A DNA stretch of 64,000 nucleotides from Candidatus Doudnabacteria bacterium (lineage in GTDB: Bacteria > Patescibacteriota > Doudnabacteria > UBA920 > O2-02-FULL-48-8), in NCBI GenBank assembly GCA_025450105.1, contig JANWIA010000024.1:229-64228 (forward strand), in the 5' to 3' direction. The first letter of the stretch is position 1. Each line of letters begins with the position of its first letter. The position numbers were made by a program, and so were the translations under genes. Positions 43,507 through 52,539 of this stretch are shown piece after piece. The notes under the pieces are model-generated. The model was given only the letters and a program-made list of their open reading frames with translations. It had not been told where the DNA came from and made no database searches.

Positions 43507-46188
43507 ATGGCAAATTCCATTTGGCACACAAAATCTGTTGATGAGATCATCAAGTATTACGAAAGTTCGATGCTTGGGTTGTCGGCTAAACAGATTGAGA
43601 AACAGAAACAAAAATACGGGACAAACACCTTGCCGCAAAAGAAACCGGACAGCTTGTGGCTGATTTTTTTGCGCCAGTTCCAAAGTTCCCTGATTTACAT
43701 TTTGGTTGCGGCCGGAATTTTGATTTTGTTTATCGGCGACGAAACGGATGCCGCGATTATTTTTGTTTTGTTGGCGTTTAATGCCATTGTCGGCACAATT
43801 CAGGAAGGCAAGGCGCGTGACACCTTGGCATCCCTAAAAAAGTTGGTAGAGACCAAGGCCACGGTTTTGCGCGACAGTGTTGAGGAAATTATTCCTGACA
43901 CCGAAGTTGTTGTTGGGGACATTTTAGTTTTGCATGAAGGCGATAAAATCCCGGCCGATGCCCGCGTTATTAATACCCATAATTTAATTGTTGACGAAGC
44001 CTCGCTGACCGGTGAATCACATCCGGTTTATAAAATGCCGGAAATTTTGGACAATGAAAAACTTCCGACAGCGGAACAGAAGAATATGCTGTTCAAAGGA
44101 ACGAATATTGTTTCCGGCTCCGGCCTAGCTATTGTTGTCGCAATTGGCGTCAACACAATCATTGGTGATATATCATTGGAAATTTCCACTATTGAATCCG
44201 AGGACCCGATCAAACGGGAGATCCGTAAACTTTCCAAAGTAATTATTTATATTACAATTGGGATTTGTACATTTTTATTTGTTGCCGGTCTTATTTCTGG
44301 TAAGAGTGTCGTCGAAATGTTTACCACCGTCGTATCCTTGTCGGTTTCGATTATTCCGGAAGGTTTGCCGATTGTCCTGACGTTGGTTTTGGCCACCGGT
44401 GTTTGGCGCATGAGTAAAAAGAACGCTTTGGTTAAAAAATTGCAGGCAGTGGAATCACTGGGCCAAGCGCAAATTATTGCTGTTGATAAAACCGGGACAA
44501 TCACCAAAAATGAGCTGACTGTCAGGGAGTTTTACACAGATGGTAACCTTTATGAAGTTACGGGCGATGGTTATGAACCAAAGGGCCAGATTTTATTAAA
44601 CGGTACGGCAATCGATACCACACATACTGCGCCGAATCTAATGGCCCGAATTTCGGCTCTGTGTAATAGCGCCCATGTAGCATTTTCCGAAGAAAAGAAA
44701 ATATGGCAAGTGGCTGGGGATCCAACCGAGGCGGCCTTAATAGTCTTTGCGGAAAAGCTCGGCCAAACTAAATCAAAAATCGAAACTGATAGCCCCGTAG
44801 TTGGGGAATTACCGTTTTCTTACCAAACAAAATTCCATGCAACCATGCACAAATCAAAGCATGGTAATGATTTAGAAATATTGGGAGCGCCGGAGGTTTT
44901 AATGCATTTATCAACAAGCATTTTAGCTGGGGATAAATCCAGGCACATGGCCAAAAATATTGTGGCCGAATTAGAAGAAGTAATCGCAAGAATGTCGAGC
45001 AAGGGTTTACGCGTGATTGGTGTGGCCACAAAAAATTCCAAAGAATCGGAATTGACTCAAGACCATGTAAAAGATTTAACCTTTGTCGGGTTAATTGGCA
45101 TGAAAGATGTTTTGCGTCCCGAAGTCAAAGAGTCCTTGGAGCGCGCACACGAAGCCGGCATTAAGGTTGTCATGATTACCGGTGACCATAAATTAACCGG
45201 GCAGGCATTGGCGCAGGAAGCAGGAATCTATAAACCGGGAGACATGGTCCTGACAGGTGAAGAAATTAACGGCATGGGTGACGCCACACTTTCCAGTGCA
45301 TTGGATAAGACTACGGTTTTTGCCCGGGTTACTCCAGCTCATAAGTTAAGAATTATCCGCGCCTACAAAGCGCGTGGCGAAATTATTGCCATGACCGGTG
45401 ACGGGGTCAACGACGCGCCGCCGCTGGTAGCCGCAGACCTTGGCGTGGCCATGGGGAAAATCGGGACCGAAGTCGCCAAAGAAGCCGCGGATATTGTTTT
45501 GCTTGACGATAATTTTGGGAGTATTGTTTCTGCAGTGGAGGAAGGCCGAAACATTTACAAGACTATCAAAAAAGTTATTTTATTTTTGTTCTCCACCAGC
45601 CTTGGCGAGGTCCTAACAATTACAATTTCGATTTTTTTGGGTTTTCCATTGCCGGTTTTGGCTTCGCAAATTATTTGGTTGAATTTTGTGACTGACGGAT
45701 TCTTGGATGTCTCGCTTGGCATGGAACCGAAAGAACCGGGGTTGCTGCATGAACCAATTCAAAAACAAAATTCATTTGTGGACTGGCTGATGGCCAAACG
45801 AATGGTGGTCATGGCACTACCGATGGCCATCGGAACATTGTGGTTATTTTCCAAGTATATGCATGGTGACCAAACTAAATCCTGGACGATTGCGTTAACC
45901 GTGCTTGCCGTGTATCAATGGTTCAACGCCTGGAACTGTCGCAGCGAAAAAGAATCATTGTTCTCTATGAGTCCGTTTCGAAATAAATATTTAGTTGCCG
46001 CGACAATGGTGGTTATCGGTTTGCATCTCCTTGCCGTTTACCATCCATTTTTCCAAGGGTTTTTGCGGACAACTGCTTTGAACCTAAACGAGTGGATAAT
46101 AATAGTTGTCCTGGCAAGCTCGGTGCTGTGGATTGAAGAAATTAGGAAATTATTGTCCAGAATTCGAGCAAAAAAAGTTGCTATTTAA
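43507..46188 (+). CDS. P-type cation-transporting ATPase (type IIA-like)
   Basis: The motifs DKTGTIT and TGDGVNDAP are present. The length is 893 aa. Confidence 0.92.
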   Translation: MANSIWHTKSVDEIIKYYESSMLGLSAKQIEKQKQKYGTNTLPQKKPDSLWLIFLRQFQSSLIYILVAAGILILFIGDETDAAIIFVLLAFNAIVGTIQEGKARDTLASLKKLVETKATVLRDSVEEIIPDTEVVVGDILVLHEGDKIPADARVINTHNLIVDEASLTGESHPVYKMPEILDNEKLPTAEQKNMLFKGTNIVSGSGLAIVVAIGVNTIIGDISLEISTIESEDPIKREIRKLSKVIIYITIGICTFLFVAGLISGKSVVEMFTTVVSLSVSIIPEGLPIVLTLVLATGVWRMSKKNALVKKLQAVESLGQAQIIAVDKTGTITKNELTVREFYTDGNLYEVTGDGYEPKGQILLNGTAIDTTHTAPNLMARISALCNSAHVAFSEEKKIWQVAGDPTEAALIVFAEKLGQTKSKIETDSPVVGELPFSYQTKFHATMHKSKHGNDLEILGAPEVLMHLSTSILAGDKSRHMAKNIVAELEEVIARMSSKGLRVIGVATKNSKESELTQDHVKDLTFVGLIGMKDVLRPEVKESLERAHEAGIKVVMITGDHKLTGQALAQEAGIYKPGDMVLTGEEINGMGDATLSSALDKTTVFARVTPAHKLRIIRAYKARGEIIAMTGDGVNDAPPLVAADLGVAMGKIGTEVAKEAADIVLLDDNFGSIVSAVEEGRNIYKTIKKVILFLFSTSLGEVLTITISIFLGFPLPVLASQIIWLNFVTDGFLDVSLGMEPKEPGLLHEPIQKQNSFVDWLMAKRMVVMALPMAIGTLWLFSKYMHGDQTKSWTIALTVLAVYQWFNAWNCRSEKESLFSMSPFRNKYLVAATMVVIGLHLLAVYHPFFQGFLRTTALNLNEWIIIVVLASSVLWIEEIRKLLSRIRAKKVAI

Positions 46189-46221
46189 TCCGATAAAAAA
46201 GCCCAGCACATCTGGGTTTTT

Positions 46222-46830
46222 TTATTTCAGAGGGACAAATGAAAATCCGGGGAACTCTGATGCCTCTACTTCGTCATCCGAAATCCGTAAAATTTGGTAT
46301 AAAGAATGCTGGATTGGAATTACCATGATACCACCGATTTTTAGTTGGGCAGTAAGGTCATGCGGCAAAGATTCTGCGGCAGCCGAAACCAGAACTCCAT
46401 CATAAGGCGCCTCGTTTGGATAGCCCAGGACTTCAGTGGCCAGTAACACATGTGTGTGTTTGTGCGGATATTTTTCGAGATTAATTTTTGTTAAATCCAA
46501 AATAGTTCGTTTGATTTCAGTGCCATAAATTTTTCCTTTAGGCCCAACACATTCTGCCAGAAGGGCAGTGGTCCAACCCGATCCGGTCCCAATATCTAGA
46601 ATTTTCTGATTTGGTTGTGGTTGAAGCAGCTCAAGCATAATGGCCACTGTTCGCGGTTGGGAGATAGTTGCACCGTCGACTAAAGGAAGTGGTTTATCCT
46701 CATAAGCAAAATCAATATGTTCTGGTAAAACAAAATCGCCTCGGTCAACGTTGAGAAAAGTTTCGATAATATGCGGGGTTTTTAGAACTTTTGTGCGGAT
46801 AAGTTCGGCAACCAATGCTTCATTGCTCAT
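46222..46830 (-). CDS. pcm: Protein-L-isoaspartate O-methyltransferase
   Basis: The sequence contains GTGSGWTTA. I took the start at MSNEALV, internal to the track ORF. Confidence 0.8.
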   Translation of the reverse strand: MSNEALVAELIRTKVLKTPHIIETFLNVDRGDFVLPEHIDFAYEDKPLPLVDGATISQPRTVAIMLELLQPQPNQKILDIGTGSGWTTALLAECVGPKGKIYGTEIKRTILDLTKINLEKYPHKHTHVLLATEVLGYPNEAPYDGVLVSAAAESLPHDLTAQLKIGGIMVIPIQHSLYQILRISDDEVEASEFPGFSFVPLK

Positions 46831-46903
46831 GCTATAAAAAATATCACAGTTGTATAAAAGGTCAATTGAACGGAAAAACAGAAGCGATAGGTGGAAATAA
46901 AAC

Positions 46904-46939
46904 AAGGGCTTAGTTAACGGGGTGCGTAACTAAGCCCTT
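46904..46939 (-). terminator. Intrinsic terminator (13-bp stem AAGGGCTTAGTTA/TAACTAAGCCCTT plus T-run on the minus strand)
   Basis: It terminates a minus-strand transcript coming from the GC-rich segment. Confidence 0.75.
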
Positions 46940-46978
46940 GAGCCACTTGTCTGTGTTATGACAAGCGGCTGCTTCTGT

Positions 46979-47155
46979 TCAATTTCTCTGATGCCGATTC
47001 CGGGCCGGATCGAAAGGCGGGGAATTGCTTCTGCGCCCGCGGCACACGCGTCGGATGCGGACCTGGTCGTCGGTGATCCTCGCGAAGAGGTTTCGTCGGG
47101 CCGAGAACAGGACCGGGTACCGGGCACTGTGGTTGCGAACGCAATCTGTTTGCAT
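46979..47155 (-). CDS. Small Arg-rich ORF (58 aa), hypothetical, GC-rich
   Basis: A GGAGGT SD lies 6 nt upstream of ATG. The protein has a very basic composition. Its coding status is uncertain. Confidence 0.3.
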   Translation of the reverse strand: MQTDCVRNHSARYPVLFSARRNLFARITDDQVRIRRVCRGRRSNSPPFDPARNRHQRN

Positions 47156-47208
47156 GCGTTTACCTCCGTACAGGTTTATCAGAAGCCGGAATGCCTCTGA
47201 TGGCTAAA

Positions 47209-47235
47209 ATTTAACACTTTTTTAGCAACAGGTCA
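47209..47235 (-). promoter_or_regulatory. Promoter TTGACC-N16-TGTTAAATT (minus strand)
   Basis: It is divergent from the plus-strand promoter at 47280-47308. Confidence 0.45.
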
Positions 47236-47279
47236 AAATGGCCAGGTTTTGTTTGTTATGAGTTATTTTAAGGCTTAAG

Positions 47280-47308
47280 ATTGACAAGATCCCAATATTT
47301 TGGTAATG
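47280..47308 (+). promoter_or_regulatory. Promoter TTGACA-N17-TAATGT
   Basis: The -35 box is consensus. Confidence 0.5.
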
Positions 47309-47314
47309 TTTGTA

Positions 47315-47823
47315 ATCATTGGCTGTGACTGGAACGCACAGTCGTGACGAGTCGGGACTGTCCCGCTCTGTATCCACGAACCACCGAACGTCCACTGTCC
47401 AGGAGGACATTTGAGGCCCATCCGAGACCACCCGTAATACGGTGACCCTGCTGAGGCCACCCGACACCGATCGTCACCAGATTCGCTCTAACCCAGCATT
47501 CTAGTGGAGGGCACCAGTGAAAAGCCCAGGACGCGCTCCGCCGTAATTAGGCAACGTTCTAGATCTGCGTGTGGGAACACTTTCATTCGACTGACTTTGA
47601 TATGCGACCAATGGCCGGTTCCTGGGTCAATGCATGACCGGGAACCGGCACAAACCTCAAGTAACAAAAGTTCATAATTCCTAACCATTAGGCAGACGCC
47701 GATCCCGCGAGTAGTCGCGACCGTGACGATGCGTAGTGGAGGGAAGGAAAGTGCGGTTATTACTGCACAGCTGGCCTTAACAGCATGAGCTTCGATGTCC
47801 TGCATCGGAGCTCATTTTTTATT
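47315..47823 (+). ncRNA. Candidate structured non-coding RNA (about 500 nt, GC-rich) bounded by a promoter and an intrinsic terminator
   Basis: No ORF with a start/SD context exceeds about 10 codons. Multiple local hairpins are present. The terminator at 47787-47813 is GAGCTTCGATG-tcctg-CATCGGAGCTC followed by ATTTTTTATT. Confidence 0.4.
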
Positions 47824-47881
47824 CCAAAAAAGTTTCCAAATAATATTCTTTTGCTATACTTTACTAAAGGAAATAAACACT

Positions 47882-48052
47882 ATGGATCAGCATTATGTGT
47901 GTACGGGGAGCTGCAATATGGTTTCGGACCACGAAAAAAATTGCGACTCCGAAGACTGCACCCACAAGGGTCAGCCCCTGGTTGCCTGCAGCTGCACTGA
48001 CGGTAACCATGACGAAGCTCACAAACGAGCTGGCACAGGCCTCGAGGTTTAG
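47882..48052 (+). CDS. Small Cys-rich protein (56 aa), hypothetical
   Basis: An AAAGGAA SD is present. The protein reads MDQHYVCTGSCNMVSDHEKNCDSEDCTHKGQPLVACSCTDGNHDEAH. Confidence 0.5.
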   Translation: MDQHYVCTGSCNMVSDHEKNCDSEDCTHKGQPLVACSCTDGNHDEAHKRAGTGLEV

Positions 48053-48093
48053 GTGCACCAAAAATAAAGGTCGATATTAAGGAAGGAAATTTT

Positions 48094-48522
48094 ATGGTAC
48101 CTGTAAATTATTGGGCGATTTTGGTTTGCGGTGTGGCAAGCATGGTTCTTGGATCAATCTGGTACGGTCCACTATTCGGCAAGACTTGGCAACAGTTAAT
48201 GGGCTGGGGCTCGGTCAGCGAAGAGCAAAAAAAGGCAATGATGGCAAAAATGAACCAGAGCTACATCCTGGCATTTTTGGGCGCTTTGGCCATGGCCTAT
48301 ATTCTTTCTCACTCTTTGACGTTCGCCCAGGCATATTTGAAATCTGAAGGCACGTCTGCCGCTTTTCAAACCGCATTTTGGAACTGGCTCGGTTTTATCG
48401 CTCCAGTGACATTGAGCACGATTTCATGGGAAGGTAAGTCTTGGAAGCTTTGGTTTTTGAACAACGCCTATTGGTTGATTTTGTTATTCATTATGGGTTT
48501 AATTTTGGTTAATTGGAAATAA
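48094..48522 (+). CDS. DUF1761-like membrane protein
   Basis: The 142-aa protein has 4 transmembrane segments. Confidence 0.55.
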   Translation: MVPVNYWAILVCGVASMVLGSIWYGPLFGKTWQQLMGWGSVSEEQKKAMMAKMNQSYILAFLGALAMAYILSHSLTFAQAYLKSEGTSAAFQTAFWNWLGFIAPVTLSTISWEGKSWKLWFLNNAYWLILLFIMGLILVNWK

Positions 48523-48579
48523 TCGGTTTTTGCAAAAAGGACAGTATACACTACTGTCTTTTTTGTTTATAATAATTTT

Positions 48580-48900
48580 ATGAAACTAACCGATAAAATT
48601 TGTGTGCCGTGCAGTGGCGATACGCCGCCCTTGAAACAAAGTGAAATTCAAAAACTCTTGAAGCAAATCAAGTCCGGCTGGAAGGTTCTTGATAATGTCA
48701 GGATTCAGAAGAAATTTAAATTTAATAGCTACCCGGAAACGATCGCCTTTGTAAACAAGGTCGCCTTGATTGCACAAGAGGAAGGTCATCATCCGGATCT
48801 TCAAGTCCATTACTATGACGTTGTCGTAGAATTTTCAACGCATGCCATAAAAGGTTTGTCGGAAAATGATTTTATCATGGCCGCAAAAATTGAAGCTTGA
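48580..48900 (+). CDS. Pterin-4a-carbinolamine dehydratase
   Basis: The EGHHPDL motif is present. Confidence 0.8.
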   Translation: MKLTDKICVPCSGDTPPLKQSEIQKLLKQIKSGWKVLDNVRIQKKFKFNSYPETIAFVNKVALIAQEEGHHPDLQVHYYDVVVEFSTHAIKGLSENDFIMAAKIEA

Positions 48901-50411
48901 CAATGCCTAAAACTACATTTGAAAAACTTAAGGAAAAAGTTTTAGAGATCGAACATATCAGTTCAGCCATCGGTCTGCTCGATTGGGACACCAATGTTTA
49001 TATGCCGCCGAAAAGCAGCGCGTTTAGGGGACAAACTTTAGCTACTCTCTCGGCTCTGGTCCACGAAAAATTTTTGGATAAGAATTTCGAAAAATTATTG
49101 ATGGTTTTAAAGAAGGACTTTGACGATAATAAATTGCCGGAAGACCAGCGCGTCTTTGTCAGGGAAATTTACCGGACATTCAAAAAAGAAAAAAAGTTGC
49201 CGTCAGAATTCGTAAAGGAATTATCTCAAGCAGTTTCCGAAGGGCATCATCTTTGGGTTGAGGCCAGGAAAACAAACGATTTTAATTTGTTCGCACCACA
49301 GCTAAGCAAAATTGTCGACCTTAAGCGCCAGCAAGCAAGGTACATTGGTTACGCTGCTTCGCCATACGACGTTTTGCTCGACGATTTTGAGCCTGGTTTA
49401 ACTTCAGAACAGGCATCGGCAATTTTTTATGAGCTTAAGAAGTTTTTGGTTCCGTTTATCCAAAAGATTGTAGGTAAGAATAAAAATTTTGACCAATCCT
49501 TGCTGTCAGGTAAATTTGATCCGACCAAGCAAAAAGAGCTGATGCACATTGTTGCGGCTAAACTTGGCTATGATTTGGAAGCGGGCAGAATTGACGAAAC
49601 AGCTCATCCGTTCATGTCCGGCATGAATCCTTATGATACGCGGGTAACAACCCATTATTTAGAAGATAATTTTTATTTTGCGTTTGGAAGCACTGTCCAC
49701 GAAGTTGGCCATGCTTTATATGAGCAAGGTCTGTTGCCGGAACATTTTGGCACGCCGCTTGGGACTTCTGTTTCTCTTGGTATTCATGAATCGCAGTCAC
49801 GCCTATGGGAAAATTTAGTCGGCAAGAGGCTGGCGTTTTGGAAATATTTTTTTCCGGTTGTCCAGGAATATTTCCCAGAGAAATACAATAAAGGTAATGT
49901 TGATGATTTTTATCAAGCACTAAACCAAGTTCAGCCTTCGTTAATTCGAATCAAATCCGACGAGGTCACTTACAACATGCACATCATCATCCGTTTTGAA
50001 ATCGAAAAGGAATTGATCGAAGGTTCAATTGATGTGAGGGATTTGCCAATAATTTGGAACAGCAAGCATAAAGAGTACTTAAATATTGACGTGCCAAATG
50101 ATGCCCAGGGTGTTTTGCAGGACGTGCACTGGTCTTCCGGTTTGTTTGGTTACTTCCCAACGTATACTTTGGGTAACCTTTATTCTGCTCAATTTTTTCA
50201 ACAGGCAAAGAAAGAAATCGTGAATTTAGACGAGTTGTTTGAAAAGGGGCAATTTTTACCGTTGAGAGAGTGGTTACGCAAAGCCATTCATCAACACGGT
50301 AAACTATATACAGCTGCGGAACTTTGCCAAAAAGTTACCGGTGAGGCGTTAAACAGTAAATATTACACACAATATCTTGAGGAAAAATTTGGGCAGTTGT
50401 ACAAACTATAA
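48897..50411 (+). CDS. Carboxypeptidase Taq (M32 family)
   Basis: An HEVGHALY zinc motif is present. The length is 504 aa. Confidence 0.88.
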   Translation: MTMPKTTFEKLKEKVLEIEHISSAIGLLDWDTNVYMPPKSSAFRGQTLATLSALVHEKFLDKNFEKLLMVLKKDFDDNKLPEDQRVFVREIYRTFKKEKKLPSEFVKELSQAVSEGHHLWVEARKTNDFNLFAPQLSKIVDLKRQQARYIGYAASPYDVLLDDFEPGLTSEQASAIFYELKKFLVPFIQKIVGKNKNFDQSLLSGKFDPTKQKELMHIVAAKLGYDLEAGRIDETAHPFMSGMNPYDTRVTTHYLEDNFYFAFGSTVHEVGHALYEQGLLPEHFGTPLGTSVSLGIHESQSRLWENLVGKRLAFWKYFFPVVQEYFPEKYNKGNVDDFYQALNQVQPSLIRIKSDEVTYNMHIIIRFEIEKELIEGSIDVRDLPIIWNSKHKEYLNIDVPNDAQGVLQDVHWSSGLFGYFPTYTLGNLYSAQFFQQAKKEIVNLDELFEKGQFLPLREWLRKAIHQHGKLYTAAELCQKVTGEALNSKYYTQYLEEKFGQLYKL

Positions 50412-50447
50412 GGTTATTAAAAGTTTTTATCTGATATACTTTGATTC

Positions 50448-50636
50448 ATGGAAGAGAAACTTGAGGAGTACTTAGGCTACGCAATATTAATTTTTTTGAT
50501 CTTTGGACTGTTTGTCTTCACAGTGCTGATTTTTAATTTAATCAGAACGGGAAATGTTGAGACTGTCGAAACGCCGGTATACCGTACCCCAAACATTTCT
50601 GATTTTACCCCAGTCGATAAATCGTTTATTTTCTAA
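50448..50636 (+). CDS. Small membrane protein (62 aa), hypothetical
   Basis: A single transmembrane segment is present. Confidence 0.35.
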   Translation: MEEKLEEYLGYAILIFLIFGLFVFTVLIFNLIRTGNVETVETPVYRTPNISDFTPVDKSFIF

Positions 50637-50645
50637 AAGAAATTT

Positions 50646-51854
50646 ATGAACCAAAATCTGAAGAATTTATTGATCGTAATTGTAGGAGGTTTAGTTTTAG
50701 TTGGCGTAATGTTTTACTGGCAGAATTTACGCGGAGTCGGCCCGGCAATCAACAAACCGCCACAGGATATTGTTGATATCATCGATGACCATAATTCTCA
50801 GCCCGGGGAAAATTCCACGACCTATCCGCTGAAAGTTCCGGACAATTTTAAGATTGAAATTTTTGCAAAGAATTTAGCGGGCGCGCGCGTGATTGAAATT
50901 GCACCGGGGAAAATGTATGTCAGCCAAACCTCACAAGGGCGCGTTAGTGCATTGACGGTTGGTAATGACGGCAAGGTGCAATCGCAGACTGTGGAAATAT
51001 CAGGCCTGAGAAATCCACATGGTCTGGCAATTGATCCGCAGGATCCTAACGTCCTGTTTGTTGCCGCAGAAAACCAAATCATTCGTCATGAAATTTCCAG
51101 CAAAAAAGATACCAAGATTGCAGACTTACCAACATCCGGCGGGGGACACTATACTCGGACAATTAAATTCGGCCCAGACGGTCGTATGTATGTTTCTATT
51201 GGGTCTTCCTGCAATGTTTGCCGCGAGAACGATCCACGACGTGCCGCGATTTACACTTTAAACAAAGACGGCTCCGATTTTAAAAGTTTTGCCATTGGAT
51301 TGCGCAATACTGTGTTCTTTACGTGGAGCGAAGTCGATGGTAGTATGTGGGGCAATGACATGGGTCGGGATTTACTTGGCGATAATATTCCGCCGGAGGA
51401 AATTAATATTTTAGCAGAAGGAAAAAACTATGGTTGGCCAATTTGTTACGGTAACAATATTCACGACGATAACTTCGACAAGAATGTTTACATCCGAAAT
51501 CCTTGTATGGAACCATTTGAAACACCACCGCACATAGAAATGCAAGCGCATTCCGCGCCACTTGGTTTAGATTTTGTCCCGGAAGAAGGTTGGCCAGAAG
51601 ACATGTGGTATGATCTTATCGTTGCATTCCATGGTTCCTGGAACCGCGCAGAACCAACTGGCTATAAATTGGTTCGCATCAAACTCGATGACAAGGGCAA
51701 TTACCAGGGCATGGAAGATTTTATTTCCGGTTGGTTGAGCAACGCCGGTGCGTTGGGTAGACCAGTGGATGTTCTGATCCAACCAGGCGGGACAATGTAT
51801 GTCTCTGACGATAAAGCAGGAGTGATCTATAAAATTACTTACAAGCGCGAATAA
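50646..51854 (+). CDS. Soluble quinoprotein glucose/sorbosone dehydrogenase-like beta-propeller protein
   Basis: The SGDH family pattern NPHGLAIDP ... GPDGRMYVS is present. Confidence 0.75.
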   Translation: MNQNLKNLLIVIVGGLVLVGVMFYWQNLRGVGPAINKPPQDIVDIIDDHNSQPGENSTTYPLKVPDNFKIEIFAKNLAGARVIEIAPGKMYVSQTSQGRVSALTVGNDGKVQSQTVEISGLRNPHGLAIDPQDPNVLFVAAENQIIRHEISSKKDTKIADLPTSGGGHYTRTIKFGPDGRMYVSIGSSCNVCRENDPRRAAIYTLNKDGSDFKSFAIGLRNTVFFTWSEVDGSMWGNDMGRDLLGDNIPPEEINILAEGKNYGWPICYGNNIHDDNFDKNVYIRNPCMEPFETPPHIEMQAHSAPLGLDFVPEEGWPEDMWYDLIVAFHGSWNRAEPTGYKLVRIKLDDKGNYQGMEDFISGWLSNAGALGRPVDVLIQPGGTMYVSDDKAGVIYKITYKRE

Positions 51855-52453
51855 TGTTTAAGCAGATATTTATTGTCCACGGTGGGAATACATTCGAGAA
51901 ATACGAAGAGTATTTAGCAAATCTCAAAACCAAAGATGTGTCTATTGAGAAACTACATTTTAAAGATTGGAAGCGCAATCTTTCGGAAACACTTGGCGAT
52001 GAGTACCAGGTAATTGCGCCCTCAATGCCTAATTCCCAAAACGCGCGCTTCATTGAATGGAAAATCTGGTTTGAAAGGTTTATGCCGTTTCTCAATGATC
52101 AAATTATTCTGATTGGTCATTCATTGGGTGGAATATTTCTTGCAAAGTACCTTTCGGAAAGTATTTTCCCAAAAAAGATTCGATCAACGTTTTTGGTGGC
52201 AGCACCATTTAAATCAGATAACGATGAATCACTTGTCGATTTTGAACTTGGGCAAGATTTGTCAAAATTGTCTGCTCAAGGTGGGGTGATTTTTTTGTTC
52301 CATAGCAAGGACGATCCTGTTGTTGAGTATCCTAATGTGCTTGAATATAAAAAAGCATTGCCCAATGCAATACTTCGAAGCCTGGATACTGGCCAACACT
52401 TTAATCAAGCTGAGTTTCCAGAGTTAGTTGAAGAGATTAAGAGTTTTAAATAA
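51854..52453 (+). CDS. Alpha/beta hydrolase (GHSLGG nucleophile elbow; RBBP9/YdeN-like)
   Basis: The ILIGHSLGG motif is present. Confidence 0.6.
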   Translation: MFKQIFIVHGGNTFEKYEEYLANLKTKDVSIEKLHFKDWKRNLSETLGDEYQVIAPSMPNSQNARFIEWKIWFERFMPFLNDQIILIGHSLGGIFLAKYLSESIFPKKIRSTFLVAAPFKSDNDESLVDFELGQDLSKLSAQGGVIFLFHSKDDPVVEYPNVLEYKKALPNAILRSLDTGQHFNQAEFPELVEEIKSFK

Positions 52454-52539
52454 AATAATCTGCTACTTTCCATCCTGAATTTATTTCAGGATCTCTAATA
52501 AAAATCCCGATAACTAAGTTCGGGATAGTTTGTTGTTGA

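Noticed and set aside
47315-47823. Identification of the candidate ncRNA as RNase P RNA, tmRNA, SRP RNA or 6S RNA.
   Set aside because: I did not find the P4 strands GGAAAGUCCGG / ACAGAANCCGGCUUA, a tRNA-like 5'/3' pairing with a terminal CCA, or the SRP domain IV GGAA/AGCAG motifs. An AGGAAAGTGCGG tract near the 3' end is in the wrong place for RNase P.
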